From a virus (lineage: Duplodnaviria > Heunggongvirae > Uroviricota > Caudoviricetes), in the IMG/VR virus record IMGVR_UViG_2778261168_000001: 27,310 nucleotides of DNA. One strand, given 5' to 3'. Position 1 is the stretch's first letter, and each line of letters begins with the position of its first letter. The translations under genes and the position numbers were made by a program. A model generated the notes under the pieces. It searched no databases and was not told the DNA's origin. It was given only the letters and a program-made list of their open reading frames with translations. This document shows positions 16,755 through 25,371 of this stretch, one piece after another.

Positions 16755-16768
16755 TAATTAATATCCCC

Positions 16769-17386
16769 TTAAATTAAAAACAGGCCGCACGGTTTGCCGA
16801 TTTCCCAGACAACGTTACCGCCATCCTCTTTTTTCACCGTCAGGTTTCCGTCAACTGAAACCATCAGCAATTTAATATCCACTTTCGGATTAGCTCCGGG
16901 TGATCCCGAATAAACATCAACCATGTTTTTCGTCAGATCCCACACAAAACCACTGGCAGCAACGGTGTTATTACCATCAGCCAGCGCAACAACTTCTGCA
17001 CTGACAGGGAGAGGAATGCGGGCACCTGAGCCAACGCGGTAATAGTGAACAAAGCCACCCGCGAGATATAACGGCACCGGATTATCCGGCGTGGTAATGC
17101 CATGAAATGCCTGATTAAAGACCGTAAAGGCGTTACATGCGTTTTGTGTAGCCTGCTTAATTACCGCGCCGTTAACGCTGTCTTTCGCGGGAGCAATGCA
17201 CTCCATAACTCCAACGCCACCCCATACCGGCTCAGTGATTTTGCTGTCCAGTCGACCGGAGCAAAGTTGCAGACGAATTGCCGGATCATCCTGCGCATCC
17301 CCCTGCATCAGCCCACGGGATTCGACGTTAAAAAGGCCACCAAATGCTCCACGGTTTTTAAACGGATGAAAGTTAATATCAGCCAT
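16769..17386 (-). CDS. Head protein between protease/scaffold-like gene and capsid gene (scaffold or decoration candidate)
   Basis: 205 aa; ATG at 17386 overlapping the upstream stop by 8 nt. Confidence 0.35.
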   Translation of the reverse strand: MADINFHPFKNRGAFGGLFNVESRGLMQGDAQDDPAIRLQLCSGRLDSKITEPVWGGVGVMECIAPAKDSVNGAVIKQATQNACNAFTVFNQAFHGITTPDNPVPLYLAGGFVHYYRVGSGARIPLPVSAEVVALADGNNTVAASGFVWDLTKNMVDVYSGSPGANPKVDIKLLMVSVDGNLTVKKEDGGNVVWEIGKPCGLFLI

Positions 17387-18701
17387 TGTTCAGGCTCCCT
17401 TGAGTGTTAATTTTTGCCAGACGACGCCCCGGAATTTTGAAAGCACTTAGCCAGACGTTCGGATCGCCCTGATATTCAGTAATGCGACGCCCGGCTTCAT
17501 CGTTGCGGATACGTTTATGCAGTTGCCCCTGCGTACTCATCATTTCTTTTTCGATGGACTGACGGGCAGCACTGAAAATTGCGTCCTCAAGCACAGCCAG
17601 CGTTGCAGAATCCGCAATCGCGCGAATATTGACGTCCTTATGTGCCGGAGAGTGTTTCTGCATAGCGATTAGCGCACGCTTGCGGTAGTCCAGCGCATTT
17701 TCACCAGAAAACGGTGCTGGCGCGTTTTTACCGCAGGCACTGAATGCGGAGTCGGCTTTAGCCTGTGCTTCTGCCAGGGCAGAGTCATTGCGTTCTTTTT
17801 CTGCCTCCTCGTCAGCCTTACGCTGTTCTTCCGCTTCGGAATCAGCCTTTGCTTTCTCCTCAGCGTCTTTAGCTGCCGCCTCGTCAGCTTTGGCTTTTTC
17901 TTCCGCCTCCTTTGCCGCAGCTTTATCAGCTTTACGCTGTTCCTCTGCGGCTTCATCGGCTTTGGCCTTTTCTTCGGCCTCTTTTTTCGCCTGATCTTCG
18001 GCGTCCGCCCGCGCTTTGTCCCGCTGTTCCAGTGAGTCCATGCGCGTGACTACTCCATCGATTTTCTGATTAATGCCGCTCAGGGCATCGTTAACCACCC
18101 CCTGTAACAGGGCCTGGAGTTCTTCTTTTTCCATCTCAATTTCACCTGTATTTGTCACTTCAACCCCTGCGGGGATCCGGTCTTTATCCCACACGCCCAG
18201 CGAGCCGTGGTCTTTCGTCACCAGGGCGATGTGATCAACAAGGAAAGGAACGCCCTCGATTAAAAAATTGGTGTCACCTTCCTGTACTTCCACATTTCCT
18301 GATGTGCTGTTGAACACCACCGACGGACTTGTCGAAACATCCCCCTCAGTGATTTCTTCAACAATGCTCTGGAGATAAACGCGGCACACCGCCCATACCT
18401 CGTCACCCCGGATATACGGCAGCATGACACTGCCGACGATCCGCGATTTAAAATCCTCCTCCGTCAGAACTGCGTCGTCAGGATGGTTTGCGATAACCGG
18501 AAGGCCATTGCATCGCCTTAAAAACTCCTCGTTCAGATAGAGCTTTGGATCACGCCATACGTGCTCTTTCAGCCCGGCGCGATAGGCAAGCCCGGTTCCG
18601 GTTATTCGCAAATTCACCAGCCACATGTTGGAGAATTTCACCGGAGACGGTACGGTTCCGTCCCTGATGCGTTCTGCCACTTCAAGCTCGGTTAAACTCA
18701 C
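17379..18701 (-). CDS. Prohead protease/scaffold-like protein with Lys/Ala/Glu-rich repeat region
   Basis: 440 aa from GTG at 18701 (GGAGAAGGG RBS). Central region is degenerate tandem repeats (AEEKAKADEAA..., EEQRKAD...) typical of scaffold coiled coils. Position between the head-morphogenesis gene and capsid. Confidence 0.45.
   Translation of the reverse strand: MSLTELEVAERIRDGTVPSPVKFSNMWLVNLRITGTGLAYRAGLKEHVWRDPKLYLNEEFLRRCNGLPVIANHPDDAVLTEEDFKSRIVGSVMLPYIRGDEVWAVCRVYLQSIVEEITEGDVSTSPSVVFNSTSGNVEVQEGDTNFLIEGVPFLVDHIALVTKDHGSLGVWDKDRIPAGVEVTNTGEIEMEKEELQALLQGVVNDALSGINQKIDGVVTRMDSLEQRDKARADAEDQAKKEAEEKAKADEAAEEQRKADKAAAKEAEEKAKADEAAAKDAEEKAKADSEAEEQRKADEEAEKERNDSALAEAQAKADSAFSACGKNAPAPFSGENALDYRKRALIAMQKHSPAHKDVNIRAIADSATLAVLEDAIFSAARQSIEKEMMSTQGQLHKRIRNDEAGRRITEYQGDPNVWLSAFKIPGRRLAKINTQGSLNNG
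17774..18029 (-). repeat. Imperfect in-frame tandem repeats encoding a KAE-rich coiled-coil segment
   Basis: DNA shows reiterated gct-tt(c/t)-tc-ttc-(c/g)gc-ctc units on the plus strand; protein shows AEEKAKADEAA x3 and EEQRKAD x2. Confidence 0.6.
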
Positions 18702-19515
18702 GTTTGCCCTTCTCCGTTAAAAATTCGTCGGGTAGTTTCTGAGGGGCGTAGATCGGCAGTGCATCGCAACTGCAATAAACCTCCTCCCCGGCAGCAGTGA
18801 TTTCGTCATAAAAACCATATACGGGCTTAATCAGCCCCTGCTCCAGCGCCCACGAATCGCGGAGGAGATAAATTTTCTCGTCGCGCTCTTTGTGGTCCTG
18901 TCGGTATTTGTAGCCCGGACGCCGCCAGTTCGAATGCCAGCGCAGAGCAATCGCACCACTCTGAACAGCCAGCAGATACTTAACGTTGCTTGCCAGCTTA
19001 TGCCCCTGGTCAATTGCCACCCGGCGACTGATAAAATCCATATCCTTCACGGACTTCTGAAAACTGGACTTCACTTCCCGGCGATCAATTTCGCTCACCC
19101 CGTCAGGCGGAATGGACGTAACCCACCCCTGAAAACGCTGTATGGTTTTCTCGATGGCCTGTTCTCGGTTGAGTTTTATCAGGTTGGCACTGGCGAAAAT
19201 TCGCCTGTCGAGTTCCTTGCGAAACTCAGGTTTCAGTTTTTCAACAGTGATTTTTTTAGGGCCGTCAGGAGGCTGATCCCGTAATGCCCCGCCGTCGATG
19301 ACAAGACGGCTGTAGATAGCGGTGAGATGTTTTCTGGCTACGGTATCATCAGGGGTTTCTCGCTGAGCGGCTACACGGAGTTTCCGGCACCATTGGAGCA
19401 ATGATTTTTCGCTATCCCACCCGTGATTTACGTAGTAGTTAACGGCATCCGTCAGAACCTCATACAGCGTCCTGATCCGTCTCTTCCTCCTCCCCGCCCG
19501 GCTGGAAATTGCCAT
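18682..19515 (-). CDS. Head morphogenesis / minor head protein (Mu F / SPP1 gp7-like by position)
   Basis: Track start 19653 is TTG. ATG at 19515 (MAISSRAGRRKRR..) has an AGGAG RBS 7 nt upstream and overlaps the portal 3' end by 56 nt. Immediately follows the portal gene. Confidence 0.45.
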   Translation of the reverse strand: MAISSRAGRRKRRIRTLYEVLTDAVNYYVNHGWDSEKSLLQWCRKLRVAAQRETPDDTVARKHLTAIYSRLVIDGGALRDQPPDGPKKITVEKLKPEFRKELDRRIFASANLIKLNREQAIEKTIQRFQGWVTSIPPDGVSEIDRREVKSSFQKSVKDMDFISRRVAIDQGHKLASNVKYLLAVQSGAIALRWHSNWRRPGYKYRQDHKERDEKIYLLRDSWALEQGLIKPVYGFYDEITAAGEEVYCSCDALPIYAPQKLPDEFLTEKGKREFNRA

Positions 19516-20896
19516 CAGGCGTCTCCTGCTTCGGTGGTTCATAATTCGCCAGCGCGTCCACATCAATGATGAGTGGAGCTTCGCCATAGGTTTGCGTGGC
19601 ATTAACAAGGCTTGCCAGCCATTCAGTGACGGCGGCACGGTTTTCAGGATCAACCTGTGGCGACACGGCCGAGAAAAGTGCTATCGCCTGTTGAATCACT
19701 TTACTGTCGCTTTCCCGGCGTTTGTCCGGCGACTCCTCCACCAGCTCCTGCCACGTCGCGGTAAATTCACGTCGCCACTGGTAAAACGTGGTTTTATAGT
19801 CGTCGGTTATGATGTCCGGGTAATCATTTTTCAGCGACTGATAAAATTCCTCGTTCCAGGCGATGTACTGCACCAGGCGTTCGAAATAATCCATCACAGG
19901 TTCAATCTGCTGGCGTACACCATCGATATACTGGCTGACGGCTTTCGAATCTTCGGTCCCCTCACCGAAACCATTCGAAAAGGCTTCCTCTTTAATGAGG
20001 ATCGCCGGAACGTCACTCCCTGACGCAATATCGGAAATAATATTGTCGCGTGCAGCGTTTAGCGCACCATCGATGTTTTGTAGATTCAGCGAGGTAACGT
20101 CCTCATCCTTCCCGATACTAAGTACACCTTTATTTTTTGCCTCTTTGACGTTTTCCCTTTTTCGTCCCGTGGCGGCAGCCATGATCCCGTCAAGTTTCGA
20201 ACCATACTGCACAACTTTAGCTACCAGTACGCCCGCCTTCTGGCTGACGAGATCATTAGCCTCCATTGTGTTGATATAGGATTTCAGGGAATAAAGAACG
20301 CGCTGAAACACACTTCGTCCGGTGAATCCGAACGATGAACTCTGAAACTCCAGATAAATCGGTGTGCCGTTGAAGATTTTCAGTGTGCGTGACGGATGCC
20401 AGTCTTTTCCGCCAATCTTCAGCTTTTTATTGGCTTCCTGGAAAAACGGACTGTTTGGGTTCTGGTCAGTCACCATCGAACCGGAAGCGTTCAACGGATC
20501 CCACGCGTTGATATACACATCCTCTTCTGTCAGTCCGAACGTCGGAAGCGGTTCACGACATGAAACACTGTCGGTGCCCACGCCGATCGCTGCAGCACCG
20601 TAGCAACGAGACAGAAAAAACAGATTTTTAATCTTCTCGTTAACCTTCATACGTTCCCATACCTCCTGAAAACGCCGCACAACCCGCTCGTCAGGGTCTG
20701 TCTCCACGTTGTACTGGCGCGGCTTACACATCGCCATCAGTATGGGTTTTTCGACAAGTTTCCCGCCCAGCGGGTGGTACTGCCACAGCAGTTTACACAG
20801 TTCATAGCCAATGTCTGTTCCCGGCTGAATTTCTTCAGCCTCAAGAATGCGCATCAGCGAAGAACTGAGATTTACAGAAATCTCGATCTCAGCCAT
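19460..20896 (-). CDS. Portal protein
   Basis: 478 aa; ATG at 20896, 18 nt after the terminase stop; acidic C-terminal tail (..GGEEEETDQDAV). Position and size. Confidence 0.65.
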   Translation of the reverse strand: MAEIEISVNLSSSLMRILEAEEIQPGTDIGYELCKLLWQYHPLGGKLVEKPILMAMCKPRQYNVETDPDERVVRRFQEVWERMKVNEKIKNLFFLSRCYGAAAIGVGTDSVSCREPLPTFGLTEEDVYINAWDPLNASGSMVTDQNPNSPFFQEANKKLKIGGKDWHPSRTLKIFNGTPIYLEFQSSSFGFTGRSVFQRVLYSLKSYINTMEANDLVSQKAGVLVAKVVQYGSKLDGIMAAATGRKRENVKEAKNKGVLSIGKDEDVTSLNLQNIDGALNAARDNIISDIASGSDVPAILIKEEAFSNGFGEGTEDSKAVSQYIDGVRQQIEPVMDYFERLVQYIAWNEEFYQSLKNDYPDIITDDYKTTFYQWRREFTATWQELVEESPDKRRESDSKVIQQAIALFSAVSPQVDPENRAAVTEWLASLVNATQTYGEAPLIIDVDALANYEPPKQETPDGNFQPGGEEEETDQDAV

Positions 20897-20914
20897 CAGA
20901 AAAAATCCAGATTT

Positions 20915-22243
20915 TTACAATTCCGCGTAATTACCGTGCGCGATAATCAATCCGTAGGTGTAACAATCGAAAAGGTCATCAGCACGTTTATGTGCGTCTT
21001 TGTCTGCCAGGTGGAACCCGGCTATTTGCTTAATGAGGTGGTTTGCGGTGGTGCGTTTGAATGAAACGGTCTTGTCGTAAGCCTCCCGGACGATTTTGCA
21101 CATCCCCTGATAGTGGTAGCTGGATGCCATCACCGCCCGTTCGTCTTTGCCTTTGCTGGTTAGTGCCGATTTAATCGGCGTCATATCCCAGCCTTCGGTT
21201 TCCGCCTTCTGGTTGAGGATTGCCCCCATCGCAGCGTCTTCCATAAAAATTCCCTGGCTACCCAGACGCGGACGGCATAATTTCGCCAGGCGCTCGAGGT
21301 TGCCATAAACGCCGGGGATATATTCAGGAAGCAATGACGCTTTAATTTGCGTCACATCCCAGTCAATAATCGTCAGTTTTGGCTCGTCCGAATACGTTGA
21401 CTCATAAGCGAAATACACCACGCCAGTACCATCATTTTCGGTCCCGCCTTTCAGCGCCGTATCCATCACTGCGAAAATCATGTCGCAATGCGGCGGCATC
21501 TCAATCGGCTGACCGTCCACCAGCAGCTTATCGACATCGAGTAACGCGTCTTTCGACCAGTCCACGAACTCGGCAAGATATTCCTGCTGCCAGACACGCG
21601 GATCGGATTTCTTCTCCGTTTCCTCCAGTTCTTCTTTCGGAATGTACGGATTCGATGAAGTTGGCGCATAGTGCATGACAAATCCCAGGGATTCATCGTG
21701 GCATATCGCGTAGAAAAAATTGCTCTCGTCGATACCGTTTGGTGTGGAAAATACCCACGCACAGCCACGGTAATCGACAAGCGTCGGGCGTATAGCGCGG
21801 GGCCAGATTTCCTCGAGCATTTCCGGCGATTTAGTGAATGCGGCCTCATCAATCAGCACAGCGTGATACTTACGCCCACGTCCGGCCAGTTTGTTATTGT
21901 CCGTTACCCAAAAATCGATGCGTCCCCCATTGCGGAGGATGATTCGTTTTTCGTTCTTGGACTGACTGAGTATCAGTGGTTGCAGTGCAGCGCAAATCTC
22001 GTCCCAGATTTCCTGGTACTGACGGTATTGAGCGGTAAAGATTCCCACCCTGCCAGCTATCAACTGCCCGGTAGTGGGCACTGCAAATCGTCTGGTTGCA
22101 TAACTGGTGGCGATGTTCACCAGCATCACCGTTTTACCCCAACGGCGACCGCAACATACCGCATGGAAACGCTCTTCTATTGCCGCCGTCCATGCGGCAA
22201 TTTGCCCCTCGTGAGGCTTTGGAAGGAAAATTTCAATCGACAT
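20915..22243 (-). CDS. Terminase large subunit
   Basis: 442 aa; ATG at 22243 with GGGAGTGG RBS. N-terminal Walker A-like motif CCGRRWGKT, and an acidic VLIDEAA segment consistent with Walker B. Position before portal. Confidence 0.8.
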   Translation of the reverse strand: MSIEIFLPKPHEGQIAAWTAAIEERFHAVCCGRRWGKTVMLVNIATSYATRRFAVPTTGQLIAGRVGIFTAQYRQYQEIWDEICAALQPLILSQSKNEKRIILRNGGRIDFWVTDNNKLAGRGRKYHAVLIDEAAFTKSPEMLEEIWPRAIRPTLVDYRGCAWVFSTPNGIDESNFFYAICHDESLGFVMHYAPTSSNPYIPKEELEETEKKSDPRVWQQEYLAEFVDWSKDALLDVDKLLVDGQPIEMPPHCDMIFAVMDTALKGGTENDGTGVVYFAYESTYSDEPKLTIIDWDVTQIKASLLPEYIPGVYGNLERLAKLCRPRLGSQGIFMEDAAMGAILNQKAETEGWDMTPIKSALTSKGKDERAVMASSYHYQGMCKIVREAYDKTVSFKRTTANHLIKQIAGFHLADKDAHKRADDLFDCYTYGLIIAHGNYAEL

Positions 22244-23327
22244 TATCCACTCCCGGCATCGGCAGAGAGTTGTGAATAATTACTTGGTTATTAGCGCCAC
22301 CAGCACCTTTCTTGAGGTTTTCAATCTCGGTGCGCAGTTTTTCATTGCGCAGGCGTTTCCATTCATCATCCAGATCCCTATTTGCAGATCCTTCTTTATT
22401 TTCCGGCAACGGCTTTTTCACAGTCGTCAGATACTTCAGGAGTTCGCGTCGCGCTGCGCTTTTGTCCTCCATCAGTATTTCGACGCCGAATTTCCCGTAC
22501 TTAGCCCCGGCATAAAGCAGTCGCGCATCACCATCAAGCAGGGTGGTATCGGCAATATGGATTTCTCCCCGCCCCTCACCACAGCATTTCGGGCAGTCAT
22601 GATTGGGTATGGCGTTATCAACGAATCCGAGGCCGCCATACTCAGGCGCAGGTTTACCGTCCTTGCTGGCCTTCTCTGCGGCTTTATCGAATTCCTCAAT
22701 ATCGCGCCACTGGTAGAGATGGTTCTCGCCCCAGCAATAACGGCAGTTAACACGGCGAAATTGTGCAAGCTGATTGGGGTCGGCCTGGACAATGGCCATC
22801 AACTGACTCACCAGTAAATCCAGGTCTGCGGTATAGCGTTTCTGGTACTGATTGCGGAAGTAGCTGATGGCACGATAAACCCTGGCATTTCTAAACATGC
22901 GGCTGGCGTTGCTGTTGGCTGTCGCACCTTTCCCTTCATACCCAGCCAGTCGGTATGCCTCTGTCGGCTTTTTACCTTGGGCAACCAGCATGGCGAATTT
23001 TGCCTGCTGGTCAGAAATGCCGAATTCATCGGGACAGAATGAAATTTCCTCCGCGTCGCCCTCATTCAGGCACGCATCGGATACTGGCTTTTTTTTCTGA
23101 GATTTTCCGTTCCGCTTGTGCGCAGTCTGCGCAGATTTTTTCAGCGCACTTTTTTGCGCAGTTTTGCGCATTTCTGTCTGCGCATTTTTCGGAGGTTTTT
23201 TGATGTAACGACGGGCTGTTGCGTAATTAAGTCCCCTTGCTTCACACCATGCCACCGGAGATATACCGGAGCGGGTGTATTCAGCAATATACTCCTGCTG
23301 CAACGCCCCCCAGTCCGGTCTGCTCAT
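22233..23327 (-). CDS. Terminase small subunit candidate (N-terminal HTH, lysine-rich linker, CxxC..CxxC zinc-ribbon-like motif)
   Basis: 364 aa; ATG at 23327; overlaps the terminase large start by 11 nt. N-terminus GALQQEYIAEYTRSGISPVAWCEARGLNYATARRYIKK looks like an HTH; ..CRYCWGE...CPKCCGEG are Cys pairs. Larger than typical TerS, so the call is by position. Confidence 0.45.
   Translation of the reverse strand: MSRPDWGALQQEYIAEYTRSGISPVAWCEARGLNYATARRYIKKPPKNAQTEMRKTAQKSALKKSAQTAHKRNGKSQKKKPVSDACLNEGDAEEISFCPDEFGISDQQAKFAMLVAQGKKPTEAYRLAGYEGKGATANSNASRMFRNARVYRAISYFRNQYQKRYTADLDLLVSQLMAIVQADPNQLAQFRRVNCRYCWGENHLYQWRDIEEFDKAAEKASKDGKPAPEYGGLGFVDNAIPNHDCPKCCGEGRGEIHIADTTLLDGDARLLYAGAKYGKFGVEILMEDKSAARRELLKYLTTVKKPLPENKEGSANRDLDDEWKRLRNEKLRTEIENLKKGAGGANNQVIIHNSLPMPGVDNVD
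23119..23184. repeat. Six phased copies of (T/A)GCGCA separated by T-runs inside the terminase small-subunit candidate gene
   Basis: TGCGCA at 23119, 23128, 23155, 23165 and 23179, and AGCGCA at 23143, with intervening T4 to T6 runs. Region encodes the Lys/Ala-rich linker. Confidence 0.6.
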
Positions 23328-23330
23328 CAG

Positions 23331-23582
23331 TTAATCCTGATTTTTATCCACCCTGAGTAGTTCGCGCAGGGCAAAGGCATCCCCTTTTCTGGCAAGCTTA
23401 AACAATGCCGCTCGTAGCTCGGCTTCACCTTTCGCTCTGCCCTTACGGATGGACGCATAAAAATTTGTCATTGCTTCCCGATTTTCTTTCAGTCGGTTCA
23501 GATCAACATCCAGAACGTCAGCGATTTGTTGTGCAGTCATCCGGCACGCTGCCAGAGACTCGACTTTCGAATACGGAATCAT
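23331..23582 (-). CDS. Small HTH DNA-binding protein upstream of the packaging genes
   Basis: 83 aa; ATG at 23582 with GGGGGTGA RBS; stop is 3 nt before the next start. MTAQQIADVLDVDLNRLKEN is HTH-like. Confidence 0.4.
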   Translation of the reverse strand: MIPYSKVESLAACRMTAQQIADVLDVDLNRLKENREAMTNFYASIRKGRAKGEAELRAALFKLARKGDAFALRELLRVDKNQD

Positions 23583-24450
23583 TTGTCACCCCCATTGATA
23601 TGCAGGGTGTCTTCTTCCTGTATTTTTCGTGAATGATTTTTACTGCAGCGTTGTTCCAGGTGACCTGATGGTGAATGCGTTTATGGCTGGCGCCCATCAG
23701 GGATATTTTTACGCACGACGGCGCATACATGACGGAGTAAAAACTTTTAACGTAGGTTCCGGAATCCAGATACAGTTCGGTCATTCCGCCGCTGTTTTTC
23801 TGCGTCTGTTTCTGCCCTAACTGGACAGCACCAATCGTCATAAACAACTCACCACGGCGACCGAGATTCGTGTACGTATTCACATCCTCGTTAATGCGCC
23901 CCATGAATGAGAACGGTCGATCAACCGAACAGATAAAGCTGTTCATTGCCTTGCGTTTCACCCACGAAGCATGGCCGCCATTGTCACCAAGAAAATCCCC
24001 GCCCTGCGACATAGCGATGGAAAGAGCAGGTATTGATTCGTAGTACGCCAGCATTTCAGAAAGGATCGCATCCAGTTTCCTTATCGGAAAATAGGCCTGG
24101 TCATAGTTGCGATCCACCCGAAACTGGAACTCGTGATAATCATCATCGAGCTGAATGAAGTATTTACACCCGACCAGTTTTGCCAGGTCGAAACAGGCAT
24201 TACGGGCGTAAAAAATTGAGCGGCGGTCACAGAAATTATCGGCTTCGTCAAAACGACTGGCGATATCGGCTTTGGAAAACACCAGCACCTGTTCACCAAA
24301 TTCAGCCATGTATTGATGCCGTGTCTTATCTTCATCATCAACAACGATAAAAATTTTCCCGGTATAGCCAGCACGACGCAACGTCCGGTAAGTCAGAACT
24401 TTGTCCGGTCGCCCGTGAGTCAGAATAAAGGCGCAAAAATCATCACGCAT
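23518..24450 (-). CDS. Soluble GT-A-fold (family 2-like) nucleotide-sugar transferase-like protein
   Basis: Track start 24471; the ATG at 24450 (MRDDFCAF..) has a very strong GAGGAGGAGG RBS. N-terminus FILTHGRPDKVL...GKIFIVVDDED and a later FIQLDDDYHEF (DxD-type) motif match the GT-A N-terminal signature. No obvious transmembrane segments. Confidence 0.45.
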   Translation of the reverse strand: MRDDFCAFILTHGRPDKVLTYRTLRRAGYTGKIFIVVDDEDKTRHQYMAEFGEQVLVFSKADIASRFDEADNFCDRRSIFYARNACFDLAKLVGCKYFIQLDDDYHEFQFRVDRNYDQAYFPIRKLDAILSEMLAYYESIPALSIAMSQGGDFLGDNGGHASWVKRKAMNSFICSVDRPFSFMGRINEDVNTYTNLGRRGELFMTIGAVQLGQKQTQKNSGGMTELYLDSGTYVKSFYSVMYAPSCVKISLMGASHKRIHHQVTWNNAAVKIIHEKYRKKTPCISMGVTNDSVFESRVSGSVPDDCTTNR

Positions 24451-25234
24451 ATTCCTCCTCCTCACCACCATGCATGATCTCCACCATGCGCTGCGTCATC
24501 CGGACAAATCCATTTTCAATAGCCTGCTGATAATCAATGATCACCAGCGCCGACTCCTCGAAAAAACACTGAATTTCAGCGGGGGCGTGAGCGTAATAGT
24601 CCGCAATTCTGCTGAAATTAAACACCGTGTGACGTTCTGCCGCACACAAGAGGAACTTCTCAATATCAGGCTCAAGGGACGCCGAACGTATCCGGCTGAT
24701 CAACTCCTGAGTTTTCGTATCGTCGTACAGTTCACTGATATCTGGTTTATCGCCCGACGGCTCATAAACAGGCGTATCAATTTTCGTCGTGTACGGCTCC
24801 TCCTCATTTCCTGTACCGGGCAAAACATCCGTCAACAGTTCATCAATTTCTGTCGGGATGAAGCCTGTCAGGGAGACATCAAAATCAGCATTGATTAGGT
24901 CCGACAGCTCCATCCGCAACAGATCTTCATCCCAGCCAGCATTCATCGGCAGGCGATTATCTGCCAGGCGGTACGCCTTTTTCTGCTCATCCGTCAGGCC
25001 AGACAGAACAATGACCGGAACAGAATCCATTTTGAGCATTTCAGCCGCCATAACACGACCGTGACCCGCAATAATTTCGCCCTTTTCGTCAATCAGCACC
25101 GGATTAGTCCAGCCGAATTGCTTAATACTTTCTACCAGTTGTGCCACCTGCTCAGTACTGTGCGTCCTGGCGTTGTGCGCATACGGTGACAATTCTTGTA
25201 ATGGGCGATAGACTATCTTTAATTTCTCGCTCAT
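24443..25234 (-). CDS. ParB-like nuclease domain protein
   Basis: 263 aa; ATG at 25234. N-terminus YRPLQELSPYAHNARTHSTEQVAQLVESIKQFGWTNPVLIDEKGEIIAGHGR contains the ParB/sulfiredoxin-fold GxxR box (AGHGR). Overlaps the next gene start, so the two are co-operonic. Confidence 0.65.
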   Translation of the reverse strand: MSEKLKIVYRPLQELSPYAHNARTHSTEQVAQLVESIKQFGWTNPVLIDEKGEIIAGHGRVMAAEMLKMDSVPVIVLSGLTDEQKKAYRLADNRLPMNAGWDEDLLRMELSDLINADFDVSLTGFIPTEIDELLTDVLPGTGNEEEPYTTKIDTPVYEPSGDKPDISELYDDTKTQELISRIRSASLEPDIEKFLLCAAERHTVFNFSRIADYYAHAPAEIQCFFEESALVIIDYQQAIENGFVRMTQRMVEIMHGGEEEEYA

Positions 25235-25261
25235 ACAGCCTTGCTTTATGAATAAAACGCA

Positions 25262-25285
25262 CCCCAGCAGCCAGTGCTACTGGGG
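25262..25285 (-). terminator. Possible intrinsic terminator downstream of trkG
   Basis: Plus reads ccccagcag-ccagtg-ctactgggg (9-bp stem with 1 mismatch); the minus-strand stem is followed by TGCGTTTTATT. Confidence 0.35.
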
Positions 25286-25371
25286 ACGGAGGTGTTGCTG
25301 GTAAAGTTAGGTATTGGATCAATGAGTGAGTCAACATAATATTAAACTCACAATTATAAATCAGCCATATA

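Noticed and set aside
17788-17994. Plus-strand ORF (68 aa, Ala/Ser-rich) and an apparent repeat array
   Set aside because: It is the antisense shadow of the KAE-rich repeat region in the minus-strand protease/scaffold-like gene. There is no spacer/repeat structure consistent with CRISPR, and the repeats are in-frame coding repeats.
1505-25064. Numerous plus-strand ORFs of 60 to 200 aa across the window (for example 2048..2377, 9466..9912, 14513..15019, 19592..20023, 21671..22279, 22272..22817, 24470..24898)
   Set aside because: All lie antisense within longer minus-strand genes that have coherent operon structure (stop/start overlaps, RBSs). None has a convincing RBS or recognisable motifs, so they are treated as shadow ORFs.
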